DNA from: an uncultured Christensenella sp.
GTDB taxonomy: Bacteria > Bacillota > Clostridia > Christensenellales > UBA1750
Reading direction: 5' to 3'
DNA: 64,000 nucleotides
Assembly (NCBI GenBank): GCA_905193155.1
Contig: CAJJNQ010000010.1
Coordinates: 378-64,377 of the forward strand
Position numbers and translations under genes: made by a program. Positions 9,708 to 18,860 of this stretch are shown one piece after another; the first letter of the stretch is position 1; every line of letters begins with the position of its first letter. The notes under the pieces were generated by a model. That model was not told where the DNA came from. It saw only the letters and a list, made by a program, of their open reading frames with translations, and did not search any database.

Positions 9708-10652
9708 ATGCTCAAGTATCTCGCCAAGCGCTTAGGGCGTTCATTCATCACATTGCTCATCATCTTGACCATCGTATTTGTTCTGATGCGCCAGATGCCG
9801 ATCGAAGGCTATTTTCCAAACTATGAAAAAATGACGAAGGAACAGATTCAAAATGGTCTGGCCATCATGGGCATGGATAAACCGATGCCGGTGCAGGTGC
9901 TGAACTTCTTCAAGGGTCTTTTCCTCAAGGGCGATTTGGGCACGTCGCGCATTTACCGCAACAACGTTCCCGTCACCGAAATCCTTGGGCCGAAGCTCCC
10001 CGTTTCGATCAAGCTCGGCTCGCTTGCGCTGCTCTTTGCAATGCTCGTCGGCATTCCGATGGGCACGCTGATGGCGCAGTATAAGGGCAAGTTCTTCGAT
10101 CACCTGGGCACGGCGTTTATCGTCTTTATTCAGGCGGTTCCGGCCGCGGTCTATTATCTGTTCATTCAGCTTTACGGCACGGAGTTGCTGGGCATTAGCT
10201 TGATCTTTGACATCAATGACTGGAAATCGTGGGTACTTCCCGTGTTTTCCATGTCCCTGGGAAACATCGCCTATTATGCCATGTGGCTGCGCCGTTACAT
10301 GGTGGATGAAAGCACGAAGGATTATGTCCAGCTGGCCAAGATCAAGGGTGTTTCCAAGAATCATATCATGTTCCAGCATGTGTTCCGCAACGCATTTGTT
10401 CCCATGGCGCAGTATATCCCGACTTCATTCCTCAACACCGTTGTCGGCTCTATCTACATCGAATCGCTTTACGCCATCCCCGGCATGGGCGGCCTGCTGG
10501 TCGATGTGGTGAAGAAGCAGGACAACAACATGGTGCAGGGCATCGTGCTCGTCTTTGCGTGCGTCGGCGTCGTCGGCCTGATCTTCGGCGATTTGCTGAT
10601 GGTGCTGCTTGACCCGCGCATCAGCTTTGCATCGAAAGGAGGGAACCGCTGA
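9708..10652 (+). CDS. ABC transporter permease (OppB/DppB-like)
   Basis: MLKYLAKRLGRSFITLLIILTIVF is a typical OppB N-terminus. RBS AAGGGGG at 9693-9699. The ORF-track start at 9570 is an upstream extension. Confidence 0.9.
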   Translation: MLKYLAKRLGRSFITLLIILTIVFVLMRQMPIEGYFPNYEKMTKEQIQNGLAIMGMDKPMPVQVLNFFKGLFLKGDLGTSRIYRNNVPVTEILGPKLPVSIKLGSLALLFAMLVGIPMGTLMAQYKGKFFDHLGTAFIVFIQAVPAAVYYLFIQLYGTELLGISLIFDINDWKSWVLPVFSMSLGNIAYYAMWLRRYMVDESTKDYVQLAKIKGVSKNHIMFQHVFRNAFVPMAQYIPTSFLNTVVGSIYIESLYAIPGMGGLLVDVVKKQDNNMVQGIVLVFACVGVVGLIFGDLLMVLLDPRISFASKGGNR

Positions 10653-11662
10653 TGGGAATCATCAAGCATCCGAAGCTCGAGCAGCTCGAACAGGAATGCT
10701 CGGAAAATCTCAAGGCAGCCCTGAGCGGGGAAGAAGCCTTCACCTTTGCGGAGTTCAATGAAAAGGGCGTTGAGAACCGCGGCTTTTCCAACTATTCCTA
10801 TTGGGGAAGCACCTTCTATGCCTTCAGCAAGAATAAGCTGGCGGTGTTCCTCGTCTTTACCGTTTTGGCAATTTTGCTCTTTACGTTTTTGCAGCCCTAT
10901 CTGCCCGGTCAGTTTGACGCATTCAACGTCAACAACGACCCGGTGACGGGTGTGCCGCTGCGCAACAGCCAGCCGGATTCCGTCCATTGGCTTGGCACCA
11001 ACTCCATCGGTCAGGACCTGTGGTCCCGCCTGTGGCAGGGCACGCGCACGTCGCTGCTGATCGGCCTGGCGGTCGCCTGCATCCAGGCGGTGGTCGGCAT
11101 CACCATCGGCGTTTTGTGGGGCTATGTCCGCCAACTGGATATCGTCTTTACCGAGCTTTACAACATATTGGATAATATTCCTTCCACCATCGTGCTGATT
11201 CTGGTTTCCTACATGATGAAGCCCGGCGTGGGGACAATTATATTGGCTATGTCGCTGACCGGTTGGATCGGCATGGCGCGATTTATCCGCAACCAGATCA
11301 TCATTATCCGCGACCGAGAATACAACCTCGCTTCGCGCTGCCTGGGCACGCCGGTTTACCGCATCATCCTGCGCAACCTGCTGCCGTATCTGGTCTCTGT
11401 CGTGATGCTGCGCATGGCGCTTTCCATCCCGGAGGCCATCGGCTCCGAGGTGTTCATTACCTACATCGGTCTGGGTCTGCCCGCAACCATCCCGTCGCTG
11501 GGCAACCTGATCAACGAAGGCCGCACGCTGATGATGAGTCCGAACCTGCGCTATCAGCTGATTTACCCGACCATCGTGCTTTCTATCGTCACCATTTCGT
11601 TCTACGTCGTGGGCAATGCCTTCTCCGACGCGGCTGATCCCAAGAACCATCGTCATCGCTAA
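10652..11662 (+). CDS. ABC transporter permease (OppC/DppC-like)
   Basis: Multi-TM protein with a binding-protein-dependent permease signature region. The start overlaps the preceding stop (TGATG). Confidence 0.9.
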   Translation: MGIIKHPKLEQLEQECSENLKAALSGEEAFTFAEFNEKGVENRGFSNYSYWGSTFYAFSKNKLAVFLVFTVLAILLFTFLQPYLPGQFDAFNVNNDPVTGVPLRNSQPDSVHWLGTNSIGQDLWSRLWQGTRTSLLIGLAVACIQAVVGITIGVLWGYVRQLDIVFTELYNILDNIPSTIVLILVSYMMKPGVGTIILAMSLTGWIGMARFIRNQIIIIRDREYNLASRCLGTPVYRIILRNLLPYLVSVVMLRMALSIPEAIGSEVFITYIGLGLPATIPSLGNLINEGRTLMMSPNLRYQLIYPTIVLSIVTISFYVVGNAFSDAADPKNHRHR

Positions 11663-11680
11663 GGAGGTGCGCTTTTTTCC

Positions 11681-12787
11681 ATGACTGAGAAACCTTTGAT
11701 TCTTTCAATTCAGGATTTGAGCGTGCGCTTTAATCTGCGCGGGCGCGTGCTGCACGCCATCCGCGGCCTTTCACTGGATGTGCACGCGGGCGAGAGCTTG
11801 GCCATCGTCGGCGAGTCCGGCTGCGGAAAGTCTGTGCTGAACAAAAACCTGATCGGCCTGCTCGACAGCAACGGCTTTATCGACGGAGGCTCCATCCGTT
11901 ATTATGGAATCGATAAGAATGCGGGCGTTGCCGCTGCGCTCGCCGGCGAGGACGGCAACGGCTATTATGTGGATTTGACCAAGTTCCAGAAGGAAAAGGA
12001 TTGGCTCAAAATCCGCGGCAAAGAGATTTGCATGATCCTTCAGGACCCCATGACGAGTTTGAACCCGCTCAAAACCATCGGTGCGCAGATCGGCGAGGCC
12101 ATTCGCCTGCACCAGGGGCTGCGCGGCAAGGAGCTGAAGGAGGCTGTTCTCCAAATCATGCGCGACGTGCGCATCGACGATCCGGAGCGCCGCTATAAGC
12201 AGTATCCGCACGAGTTCTCCGGCGGCATGCGCCAGCGCGTGGTTATCGCCATCGCGATTGCCTGCAAGCCGAAGATTTTGATCTGCGATGAGCCCACCAC
12301 TGCGCTGGACGTGACGATTCAGGCGCAGGTGCTCTATCTGCTCAAGGAGCTCAAGGCAAAGTATAACCTCACCGTCATCTTCATCACCCACGACCTCGGC
12401 GTTGTGGCCAACATTGCCGACCGCGTGGCCGTCATGTACGCCGGCGACATCGTGGAGATCGGCCTGGCGGAGGAGATTTTCTACGATCCCAAGCATCCCT
12501 ATACCTGGGCACTGCTTTCGTCCCTGCCGCAGCTGGGCATCAAGGGCGAGGAGCTTTTCTCCATCAAGGGCACGCCGCCCAACCTCTTTACGCCCATCCA
12601 TGGCGATGCGTTTGCCGCGCGCAACCCGCAGGCGCTCAAGATCGACTTTGTCGAGCGCCCGCCGTATTTTGAAGTCTCTCCCACTCATAAGGCCAAGACT
12701 TGGCTGCTCGATCCCCGTGCGCCCAAGGTCGAACCGCCGGAGAGCATCCGCAAACTGAACAGCGAGGGGGCTACCGCGCATGAATAA
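11681..12787 (+). CDS. ABC transporter ATP-binding protein (OppD/DppD-like)
   Basis: Walker A GESGCGKS, signature FSGGMRQR, Walker [13 protein letters not shown]. Confidence 0.92.
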   Translation: MTEKPLILSIQDLSVRFNLRGRVLHAIRGLSLDVHAGESLAIVGESGCGKSVLNKNLIGLLDSNGFIDGGSIRYYGIDKNAGVAAALAGEDGNGYYVDLTKFQKEKDWLKIRGKEICMILQDPMTSLNPLKTIGAQIGEAIRLHQGLRGKELKEAVLQIMRDVRIDDPERRYKQYPHEFSGGMRQRVVIAIAIACKPKILICDEPTTALDVTIQAQVLYLLKELKAKYNLTVIFITHDLGVVANIADRVAVMYAGDIVEIGLAEEIFYDPKHPYTWALLSSLPQLGIKGEELFSIKGTPPNLFTPIHGDAFAARNPQALKIDFVERPPYFEVSPTHKAKTWLLDPRAPKVEPPESIRKLNSEGATAHE

Positions 12788-13718
12788 CGAAAAGAAAGAA
12801 GTTCTGCTGCATGTGGAGGACCTCAAGGTCTGCTTCGGCAGCAAGCGAAGCCTCTTTACTGCCGTCAACGGCGTCTCTTTTGATATCTATAAGGGCGAAA
12901 CCTTCGGTCTGGTCGGCGAATCCGGTTCGGGCAAGACCACCATCGGCCGCGCCATCATCCGCATCCATCCCACAGCCGGGGGCAAAATCATTTACGACGG
13001 CCAGCAGATCAACGGCAAAATTTCCAAAGAGCTGGACCACGAAATCACCCGCAAAATCCAGATGATCTTCCAGGACCCCATGGCTTCGCTCAACGAGCGC
13101 GCTAAGGTGGATTATATCATCTCCGAAGGTCTTTACAACATCAAAGGCATCTCGGCGGAAGAACGCAAGGAGCGCGTGCAGCAGGCGCTGGCGGACGTCG
13201 GTCTGCTGCCGGAATATGCCTCCCGCTTCCCGCATGAGTTTTCTGGCGGACAGCGCCAGCGCATCGGCATTGCCCGCGCGCTGGTCATGCAGCCGGAGTT
13301 CATCATTGCGGACGAGCCCATTTCTGCGTTGGACGTATCTATTCGCGCGCAGGTGCTGAACCTGATGGCAAAGCTCCAGAAGGAGAGAGGACTGACCTAT
13401 CTGTTCATCTCGCACGACTTGTCCGTCATGCGCTTCATCTGCGATCGCATCGCGGTCATCCATAAGGGTGATCTGGTGGAGCTGGCCGAGTGTGAAAAGC
13501 TCTTTGCGCATCCGCTGCATCCGTATACGCGCGCGCTGCTATCCGCCATTCCGCAGCCCGATCCCATTCACGAGCGTCATAAGAGGCTTGAGATCTATGA
13601 TCCCCATATGCACGATTACTCGGTCGATAAGCCCCGCTGGGCGGAGATCGAGGAGGGTCACTTCGTGTTCGGCAACGATAAGGAACTGAAAAACTACGAA
13701 GAAATGGTCCGCAAATAA
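12780..13718 (+). CDS. ABC transporter ATP-binding protein (OppF/DppF-like)
   Basis: Walker A GESGSGKT, signature FSGGQRQR, Walker [13 protein letters not shown]. It overlaps the previous gene by 8 nt. Confidence 0.92.
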   Translation: MNNEKKEVLLHVEDLKVCFGSKRSLFTAVNGVSFDIYKGETFGLVGESGSGKTTIGRAIIRIHPTAGGKIIYDGQQINGKISKELDHEITRKIQMIFQDPMASLNERAKVDYIISEGLYNIKGISAEERKERVQQALADVGLLPEYASRFPHEFSGGQRQRIGIARALVMQPEFIIADEPISALDVSIRAQVLNLMAKLQKERGLTYLFISHDLSVMRFICDRIAVIHKGDLVELAECEKLFAHPLHPYTRALLSAIPQPDPIHERHKRLEIYDPHMHDYSVDKPRWAEIEEGHFVFGNDKELKNYEEMVRK

Positions 13719-13727
13719 ATAACTCAA

Positions 13728-13757
13728 ACGGCGCGCCAAGGAAGCGCGCCGTTTTTT
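13728..13757 (+). terminator. strong intrinsic terminator between the importer genes and ldcA
   Basis: ACGGCGCGC (13728-13736) pairs with GCGCGCCGT (13744-13752), followed by TTTTTT. The next start codon is only 17 nt beyond the T-tract. Confidence 0.75.
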
Positions 13758-13774
13758 CGAGGAGGAGAATTCCC

Positions 13775-14704
13775 ATGGCTTTGTTTGAGCCTGCCCCGCT
13801 GCAAAAGGGCGACCGCGTGGCGTTGATTGCGCCCTCCGGCCCCCTGCCTGAGGGGAGGCTTCCGTTGGCACTGGACGCCATTCGCGCGAGAGGACTGGAG
13901 CCGGTAGCCTATCCCAGCGTCACACAGACGCACGGCTATCTTGCGGGTGCGGACGCGGTTCGCGCGCAGGACGTCAACGATGCCTTTGCAGACGATTCGA
14001 TCAAGGGCGTGCTCTGTGCCCGCGGCGGTTACGGCGCGCAACGGCTTTATCCGCGCATTGATTGGGAAAACATCCGTCGCCATCCCAAGCGCTTTTTGGG
14101 ATACAGCGACATCACGTTTTTCCATCTGATGCTGACGCAGCGCTGCGGCATGGTTTCCTATCATACGCCCATGCCTTCGACCGAGTGGTATGAGGGGCTG
14201 GACGAATATACTGATTCCTGGCTGGACAAGGCGCTCTTTGGCGATGTGTGGGGCGAACTGCCCAACTGCGACAAGGCCGAAAGAAAGACTGTCGCGCCGG
14301 GCAAGGCCTGCGGAGAGCTGACGGGCGGCAACCTTTCGCTCGTTGCATCGGCGGTCGGTACGCCTTACGCGATGGACGCAAAAGATAAGATCGTTTTCCT
14401 CGAAGACGTGGGGGAGCGGCCCTACCGCGTGGACGGCATGCTCAACCATCTGGTGCAGTCCGGTGCGCTGTCCGGCTGCCGCGGCATCGTGCTGGGGTAT
14501 TATACCGACTGCAACCCGCCCAAGGACAAGCCCAGCCTGACGCTGGACGAGGTGTTTGACGAGCTGCTGGCGCCGCTGGGCGTGCCGGTGCTCTCCGGCG
14601 TGACCTGCGGGCATTCCACACCCACACTCTCGCTGCCCATCGGCTGCGATGCGGAGCTGGATGCGGACGCGCAGACCCTGCGGATTGTGGAGGGTGAAAA
14701 ATGA
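13775..14704 (+). CDS. ldcA: LD-carboxypeptidase (muramoyltetrapeptide carboxypeptidase, peptidase S66)
   Basis: GDRVALIAPSG, ARGGYGAQRL and FLGYSDITFFH (catalytic Ser) motifs. No signal peptide. Confidence 0.85.
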   Translation: MALFEPAPLQKGDRVALIAPSGPLPEGRLPLALDAIRARGLEPVAYPSVTQTHGYLAGADAVRAQDVNDAFADDSIKGVLCARGGYGAQRLYPRIDWENIRRHPKRFLGYSDITFFHLMLTQRCGMVSYHTPMPSTEWYEGLDEYTDSWLDKALFGDVWGELPNCDKAERKTVAPGKACGELTGGNLSLVASAVGTPYAMDAKDKIVFLEDVGERPYRVDGMLNHLVQSGALSGCRGIVLGYYTDCNPPKDKPSLTLDEVFDELLAPLGVPVLSGVTCGHSTPTLSLPIGCDAELDADAQTLRIVEGEK

Positions 14705-15471
14705 GCTGGAAGCAGGATGTATTGGAACTGGTTCAGACGTCGCCTGCCAACGTGACGCTTCTGCTGGCGGATGCGGATTCGGGCAAAGAACTGCTGTCCT
14801 TTAACCGGGACAGGCGGTTTGTTTCCGCCTCGACCATCAAGACGGCGATCCTGCTCTGCGCGCTGGAAGGCGTGCAGGACGGGGAACTGGATCTGGATGC
14901 GCCGGTCTTTGTGCCGCAGGAGGAGATCCTTTCCGATAGTGCCGTGTTCGAGCGCGGCGAACAAGAAATGCCGCTGCGCGATTTGCTGCGCTGGATGATC
15001 ATCGTCAGCGATAATACCGCCACCAACGCTTTGATCCGCCTGCTCACGATGGAACGCATTAACGATTTCTGCGCCCGCATGGGCTGGAAGGATTCCAAAG
15101 TCGAACGGCTGATGCTCGATTTTGACGCGGTCAAGGCGGGAAAGAACAACTATACATCTGCTCTGGATCAATTCGGGATGTTCCGGGCGATTTATCAGAA
15201 GAGCATATTAACACTGGAGCTTTGCGATCTGGCGATGGACATGCTGCTGGGGCAGCGGGACTGCGGCGATTTTCTGCGCTATATTCCGGGGCCGGTCAGG
15301 GTGGCGCACAAGACAGGCGGACTGGATTTCCTGGAGCACGACAGCGGACTGTTCTTTCTGGAAAAGGCAACGCTGTATCTGGGCGTGTTCGTGACCGACG
15401 CGCCGGACGATGCGCACGGCTCCCGGCTGATTGCCGCCGCTGCCCGCCGCATCTACGATCAATTCCGCTGA
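14701..15471 (+). CDS. class A beta-lactamase-fold serine hydrolase, apparently cytoplasmic
   Basis: SxxK (SASTIKTA), SDN (VSDNTATN) and KTG (HKTGG) motifs. No N-terminal signal peptide. ATGA overlap with the ldcA stop. Confidence 0.8.
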   Translation: MSWKQDVLELVQTSPANVTLLLADADSGKELLSFNRDRRFVSASTIKTAILLCALEGVQDGELDLDAPVFVPQEEILSDSAVFERGEQEMPLRDLLRWMIIVSDNTATNALIRLLTMERINDFCARMGWKDSKVERLMLDFDAVKAGKNNYTSALDQFGMFRAIYQKSILTLELCDLAMDMLLGQRDCGDFLRYIPGPVRVAHKTGGLDFLEHDSGLFFLEKATLYLGVFVTDAPDDAHGSRLIAAAARRIYDQFR

Positions 15472-15491
15472 AAAGAAGGGGGAGACTTTCT

Positions 15492-16307
15492 GTGTTTGCC
15501 TATGTGATGAGCGGCATTGCGCCGCTGATGAGTGAACCGAAGCGCGAATGTGAGCGCGCGGACGAGGCACTGTTTGGAATGCGCGTAGAGATCTTGGAAG
15601 AAAAAGACGGCTTTATGCGCGTCCGCACACATTATCAATACACCGGTTGGACGGAAAAAAACAATCTGCTGCCCGAAAACGAGCAGACCGCAGCCTTTGC
15701 GGAAGGCAGGCGCTGTGTGATGGACAAGCCCTATGCCGACCTGATGAACGAGCCCAAGGTGCAGTCCTGGCCTCTGGTTTCCGTGCCGCGCGGCGCGGTG
15801 CTCGGATGGACGGACGAGGTCACGGAGGAGGGCTGGCGCAAGGTGACGCTGCCCGACGGCCGCTGCGCCTGGACGCGGGACAACTATCTCGCTCCGCTGC
15901 GCAGCGAATGGAGCAAGGCGGACGAGGAATCTCTGCGCCGCCAGCTTGCCTCCAACGCAAAAAAATACCTGGGCACACAGTACCGTTGGGGCGGCAAAAC
16001 CCCGCTGGGCATTGATTGCTCCGGCCTGTGCTCGATGGCATATCTGCTCTGCGGCGTTATCATCCACCGCGATGCCAGCATCAAGCCGGAATTCTGCATG
16101 CACGAAATCCCCTATGAGCAGATCAAGATGGGCGATTTGATGTTTTTCCCCGGCCATGTGGCCATGTATCTGGAAAACGGCCGCTTCATCCATTCGACCT
16201 CCCATAAGGGGGACGAGGGCGTTGTGCTGGCCTCCCTGAATCCGGAAGATCCCGATTTCCGCGGCGATCTGCTGGAGAGAATGAAAACCTGCGGGAGTAT
16301 TTTCTGA
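15492..16307 (+). CDS. NlpC/P60 cysteine peptidase with SH3b-like N-terminal region (YkfC-like gamma-D-glutamyl-L-diamino acid endopeptidase)
   Basis: GIDCSGLCSMAY (catalytic Cys) and PGHVAMYLENGRFIHS (His residues). No signal peptide. GTG 15492 lies 8 nt after AAGGGGGAG; ATG 15507 is the alternative. The ORF-track start at 15222 overlaps the upstream gene. Confidence 0.8.
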   Translation: MFAYVMSGIAPLMSEPKRECERADEALFGMRVEILEEKDGFMRVRTHYQYTGWTEKNNLLPENEQTAAFAEGRRCVMDKPYADLMNEPKVQSWPLVSVPRGAVLGWTDEVTEEGWRKVTLPDGRCAWTRDNYLAPLRSEWSKADEESLRRQLASNAKKYLGTQYRWGGKTPLGIDCSGLCSMAYLLCGVIIHRDASIKPEFCMHEIPYEQIKMGDLMFFPGHVAMYLENGRFIHSTSHKGDEGVVLASLNPEDPDFRGDLLERMKTCGSIF

Positions 16308-17923
16308 TGGAAAAGATATTGTATAACGCAAGGCTGCGCAGTCTGGACGGACTGCTTCCCGAAAATGCGCTGGGCATCAAGGACGGCAAAATTGCCGCCA
16401 TCGGCGATAAAGACGCGCTGGATTTCATGGCAGATGACCATACCGAATGGATTGACCTGGGCGGACGCACGGTTTACCCCGGCTTCGGCGACAGCCACAT
16501 GCACCTGCTGCACTTCGGCGTGACGCAGAGCGAGGTGGAGCTGAAGGACGCGCACTCACTGGAAGAGGTTCAGCAGCTTATCTGCGACTTCATCCGGGAG
16601 AATGAGATCCCCGCCGGACGTACGGTCTATGCGCACGGCTGGAATCAGGATTTGTTCCCTGATAAACATATCCCCACGTGCGGCGATCTGGATGCGGTGT
16701 CAAAAGACCACCCCATTGTCGCTTCTCGCATCTGCGGGCATCTGGCAACGACCAACACGCCGGGACTTCAAAAATTTGGCATTTCTACCGAAACCCGTGT
16801 TCCCGGCGGTGAAATCTATCTGAACGGACAGGGCGAGCCGACCGGCGTTGTCAGCGAAAACGCCGTTTCGATGCTCTATACCGGGGAGGCGGTCAGCGTG
16901 GAGCGCGCCATGGAGGTCATTCACAGCGCGGCAAGCTACGCGGCCTCCAAGGGCATTACCTGTGTCCACTCCGAGGATCTGCTCAGTATGGCGGGCTGCG
17001 CGCCCGATACCGTCATTGCGGCCTACCGCAGACTGGCGGAGGAGGACAAGCTGGATGTGCGCGTCTATGAGCAGTGCCAGTTGATCGGCGAAGAGGCCAT
17101 CGAGCGTTTTGAGCAGGAGGGCTATGCCTCCGGCCAGCACACGGGGTTGTTTACGCTTTACAGCCTGAAGATCATCTCTGACGGCTCGCTGGGCGGCCGC
17201 ACGGCGTATCTTAAAAAGCCCTATGCCGATGCGCCCGAAACGCGCGGTATGCTCTGCTTTGAGCCGGAGCAGATCGAGCGCATGGTGCTGATGGCGCACC
17301 GCCACGGCATGCCTGCTGTGATTCACTGCATCGGCGACGCAGCGATGGAGATTTGCCTGAATGCCATTGAAAAGGCGCAGAAGGCCTGCCCGGAACAGCA
17401 TCCGCGCCACGGCATCATCCATTGCCAGATCACCGATGAAAAGCTGCTCGATCGCTTTGCGGAGTTGGGCGTGCAGGCATATGTGCAGCCTGTGTTCCTG
17501 GAATACGATGCGCACATCGTGGACGACCGCGTCGGCAGGGAGCTGGGTCGCACCAGCTATGCCTGGCGCTCACTGCTGGAGCGCGGCGTGAATGTCTCGG
17601 CCGGGTCTGATTGTCCGGTCGAAAACATGGACAGCCTGCCCAACATCTATTGCGCCGTCACCCGCATGGACTTCGACGGCAAGCCTGAGGGCGGCTGGAA
17701 CCCGCAGGAGGATCTGTCGCCCGAGCAGGCGCTGCGCATCTTCACCCGCAACGTCGCGGCTGTGACCGGCGAAGAGGATCACCGCGGCGATCTGATCCCC
17801 GGTAATGATGCGGACCTGACGATTCTGGACGAGGACTTCTTCGAGGTTCCCGCAGAGCACATCAAGGACATCCAGCCCTATATGACCATCGTGGACGGCA
17901 AAATCCGCTTCCGGGCAAAGTAA
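16307..17923 (+). CDS. metal-dependent amidohydrolase (Amidohydro_3 / YtcJ-like)
   Basis: PGFGDSHMHLL (HxH metal site); 538 aa. The start overlaps the upstream stop (TGATG). Confidence 0.8.
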   Translation: MEKILYNARLRSLDGLLPENALGIKDGKIAAIGDKDALDFMADDHTEWIDLGGRTVYPGFGDSHMHLLHFGVTQSEVELKDAHSLEEVQQLICDFIRENEIPAGRTVYAHGWNQDLFPDKHIPTCGDLDAVSKDHPIVASRICGHLATTNTPGLQKFGISTETRVPGGEIYLNGQGEPTGVVSENAVSMLYTGEAVSVERAMEVIHSAASYAASKGITCVHSEDLLSMAGCAPDTVIAAYRRLAEEDKLDVRVYEQCQLIGEEAIERFEQEGYASGQHTGLFTLYSLKIISDGSLGGRTAYLKKPYADAPETRGMLCFEPEQIERMVLMAHRHGMPAVIHCIGDAAMEICLNAIEKAQKACPEQHPRHGIIHCQITDEKLLDRFAELGVQAYVQPVFLEYDAHIVDDRVGRELGRTSYAWRSLLERGVNVSAGSDCPVENMDSLPNIYCAVTRMDFDGKPEGGWNPQEDLSPEQALRIFTRNVAAVTGEEDHRGDLIPGNDADLTILDEDFFEVPAEHIKDIQPYMTIVDGKIRFRAK

Positions 17924-17935
17924 GCTTAAATCCCC

Positions 17936-17975
17936 AAGAACGGCATGACAAATCACGGCTGTGCCGTTCTTTTTT
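17936..17975 (+). terminator. intrinsic terminator after the amidohydrolase gene
   Basis: AAGAACGGCA (17936-17945) pairs with TGCCGTTCTT (17962-17971), followed by TTTT. Confidence 0.75.
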
Positions 17976-18029
17976 GCCCATCGACGCGCATAGGCATAAA
18001 GCAAACGCAGGATGAGGAGGAAATGCCCA

Positions 18030-18860
18030 ATGCGCAAGCTGCAACGCCCTGATTTTTCGCTCCTTGTGAAATGGCTGGATAAGAACCTGAAAGCCGTGAC
18101 GCAGGCCGGTCTTGTGCTGTGCCTGGCGCTGGTTTCCGTGGCATACATCCGGCTGTTCAACCCGGAAGCCTTTGAAAGTGCGTTTTCGCCCGCTTCCCGG
18201 CCGCTGCCTGTCTACAACGTCGAGACGGAGGAAAAGAAGGTCGCCATCTCCTTCGATGCAGCGTGGGGCGAGGAAAAGACTGACGAAATTCTGAAGATTC
18301 TCAAGGATCACGACGTGCACACGACCTTTTTCCTCGTGGGCTATTGGGTGGACAAATATCCTGACCATGTCAAGCAGATTGCCGATGCAGGGCACGAGAT
18401 CGGCAACCATTCCAATACGCATCCGCACATGAGCGAATTGAGCAGCAGCGAAATCTCGCAGGAGCTGCGCGCACTTTCGGACAAGGTGGAAAAGATCACC
18501 GGTACGCCGACCACGCTCTTCCGCCCGCCCTACGGCGATTATGACGACCAGGTGGTGCTGCAGGCGCGCAAGGACGGCTATGAGGTCATCCAGTGGAATG
18601 TGGACAGTCTCGACTGGAAGAACCTCGGTGTGGAGCCCATGATCCAGCGCACCACCAAGGATCTGCATCCCGGCGATATCCTGTTGTTCCACAATAATTC
18701 CCAGTATATCACCCAGGCGCTGCCCGCCATCATCGAATCCATCCAAAGCCAGGGCTATCAGATCGTGCCCATTTCCGAACTGGTGCTGAGCCAGCCCTAC
18801 TGGATCGACCACACCGGTATGCAGCACGCGGGGAATGCGGAGGGCGGCAATGGACAATGA
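18030..18860 (+). CDS. membrane-anchored polysaccharide/peptidoglycan deacetylase (CE4, NodB homology domain)
   Basis: N-terminal TM segment AGLVLCLALVSVAYI; FDAAWG, HEIGNHSNTHPH and FRPPYG motifs. RBS GAGGAGG lies 8 nt before ATG 18030. Confidence 0.85.
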   Translation: MRKLQRPDFSLLVKWLDKNLKAVTQAGLVLCLALVSVAYIRLFNPEAFESAFSPASRPLPVYNVETEEKKVAISFDAAWGEEKTDEILKILKDHDVHTTFFLVGYWVDKYPDHVKQIADAGHEIGNHSNTHPHMSELSSSEISQELRALSDKVEKITGTPTTLFRPPYGDYDDQVVLQARKDGYEVIQWNVDSLDWKNLGVEPMIQRTTKDLHPGDILLFHNNSQYITQALPAIIESIQSQGYQIVPISELVLSQPYWIDHTGMQHAGNAEGGNGQ

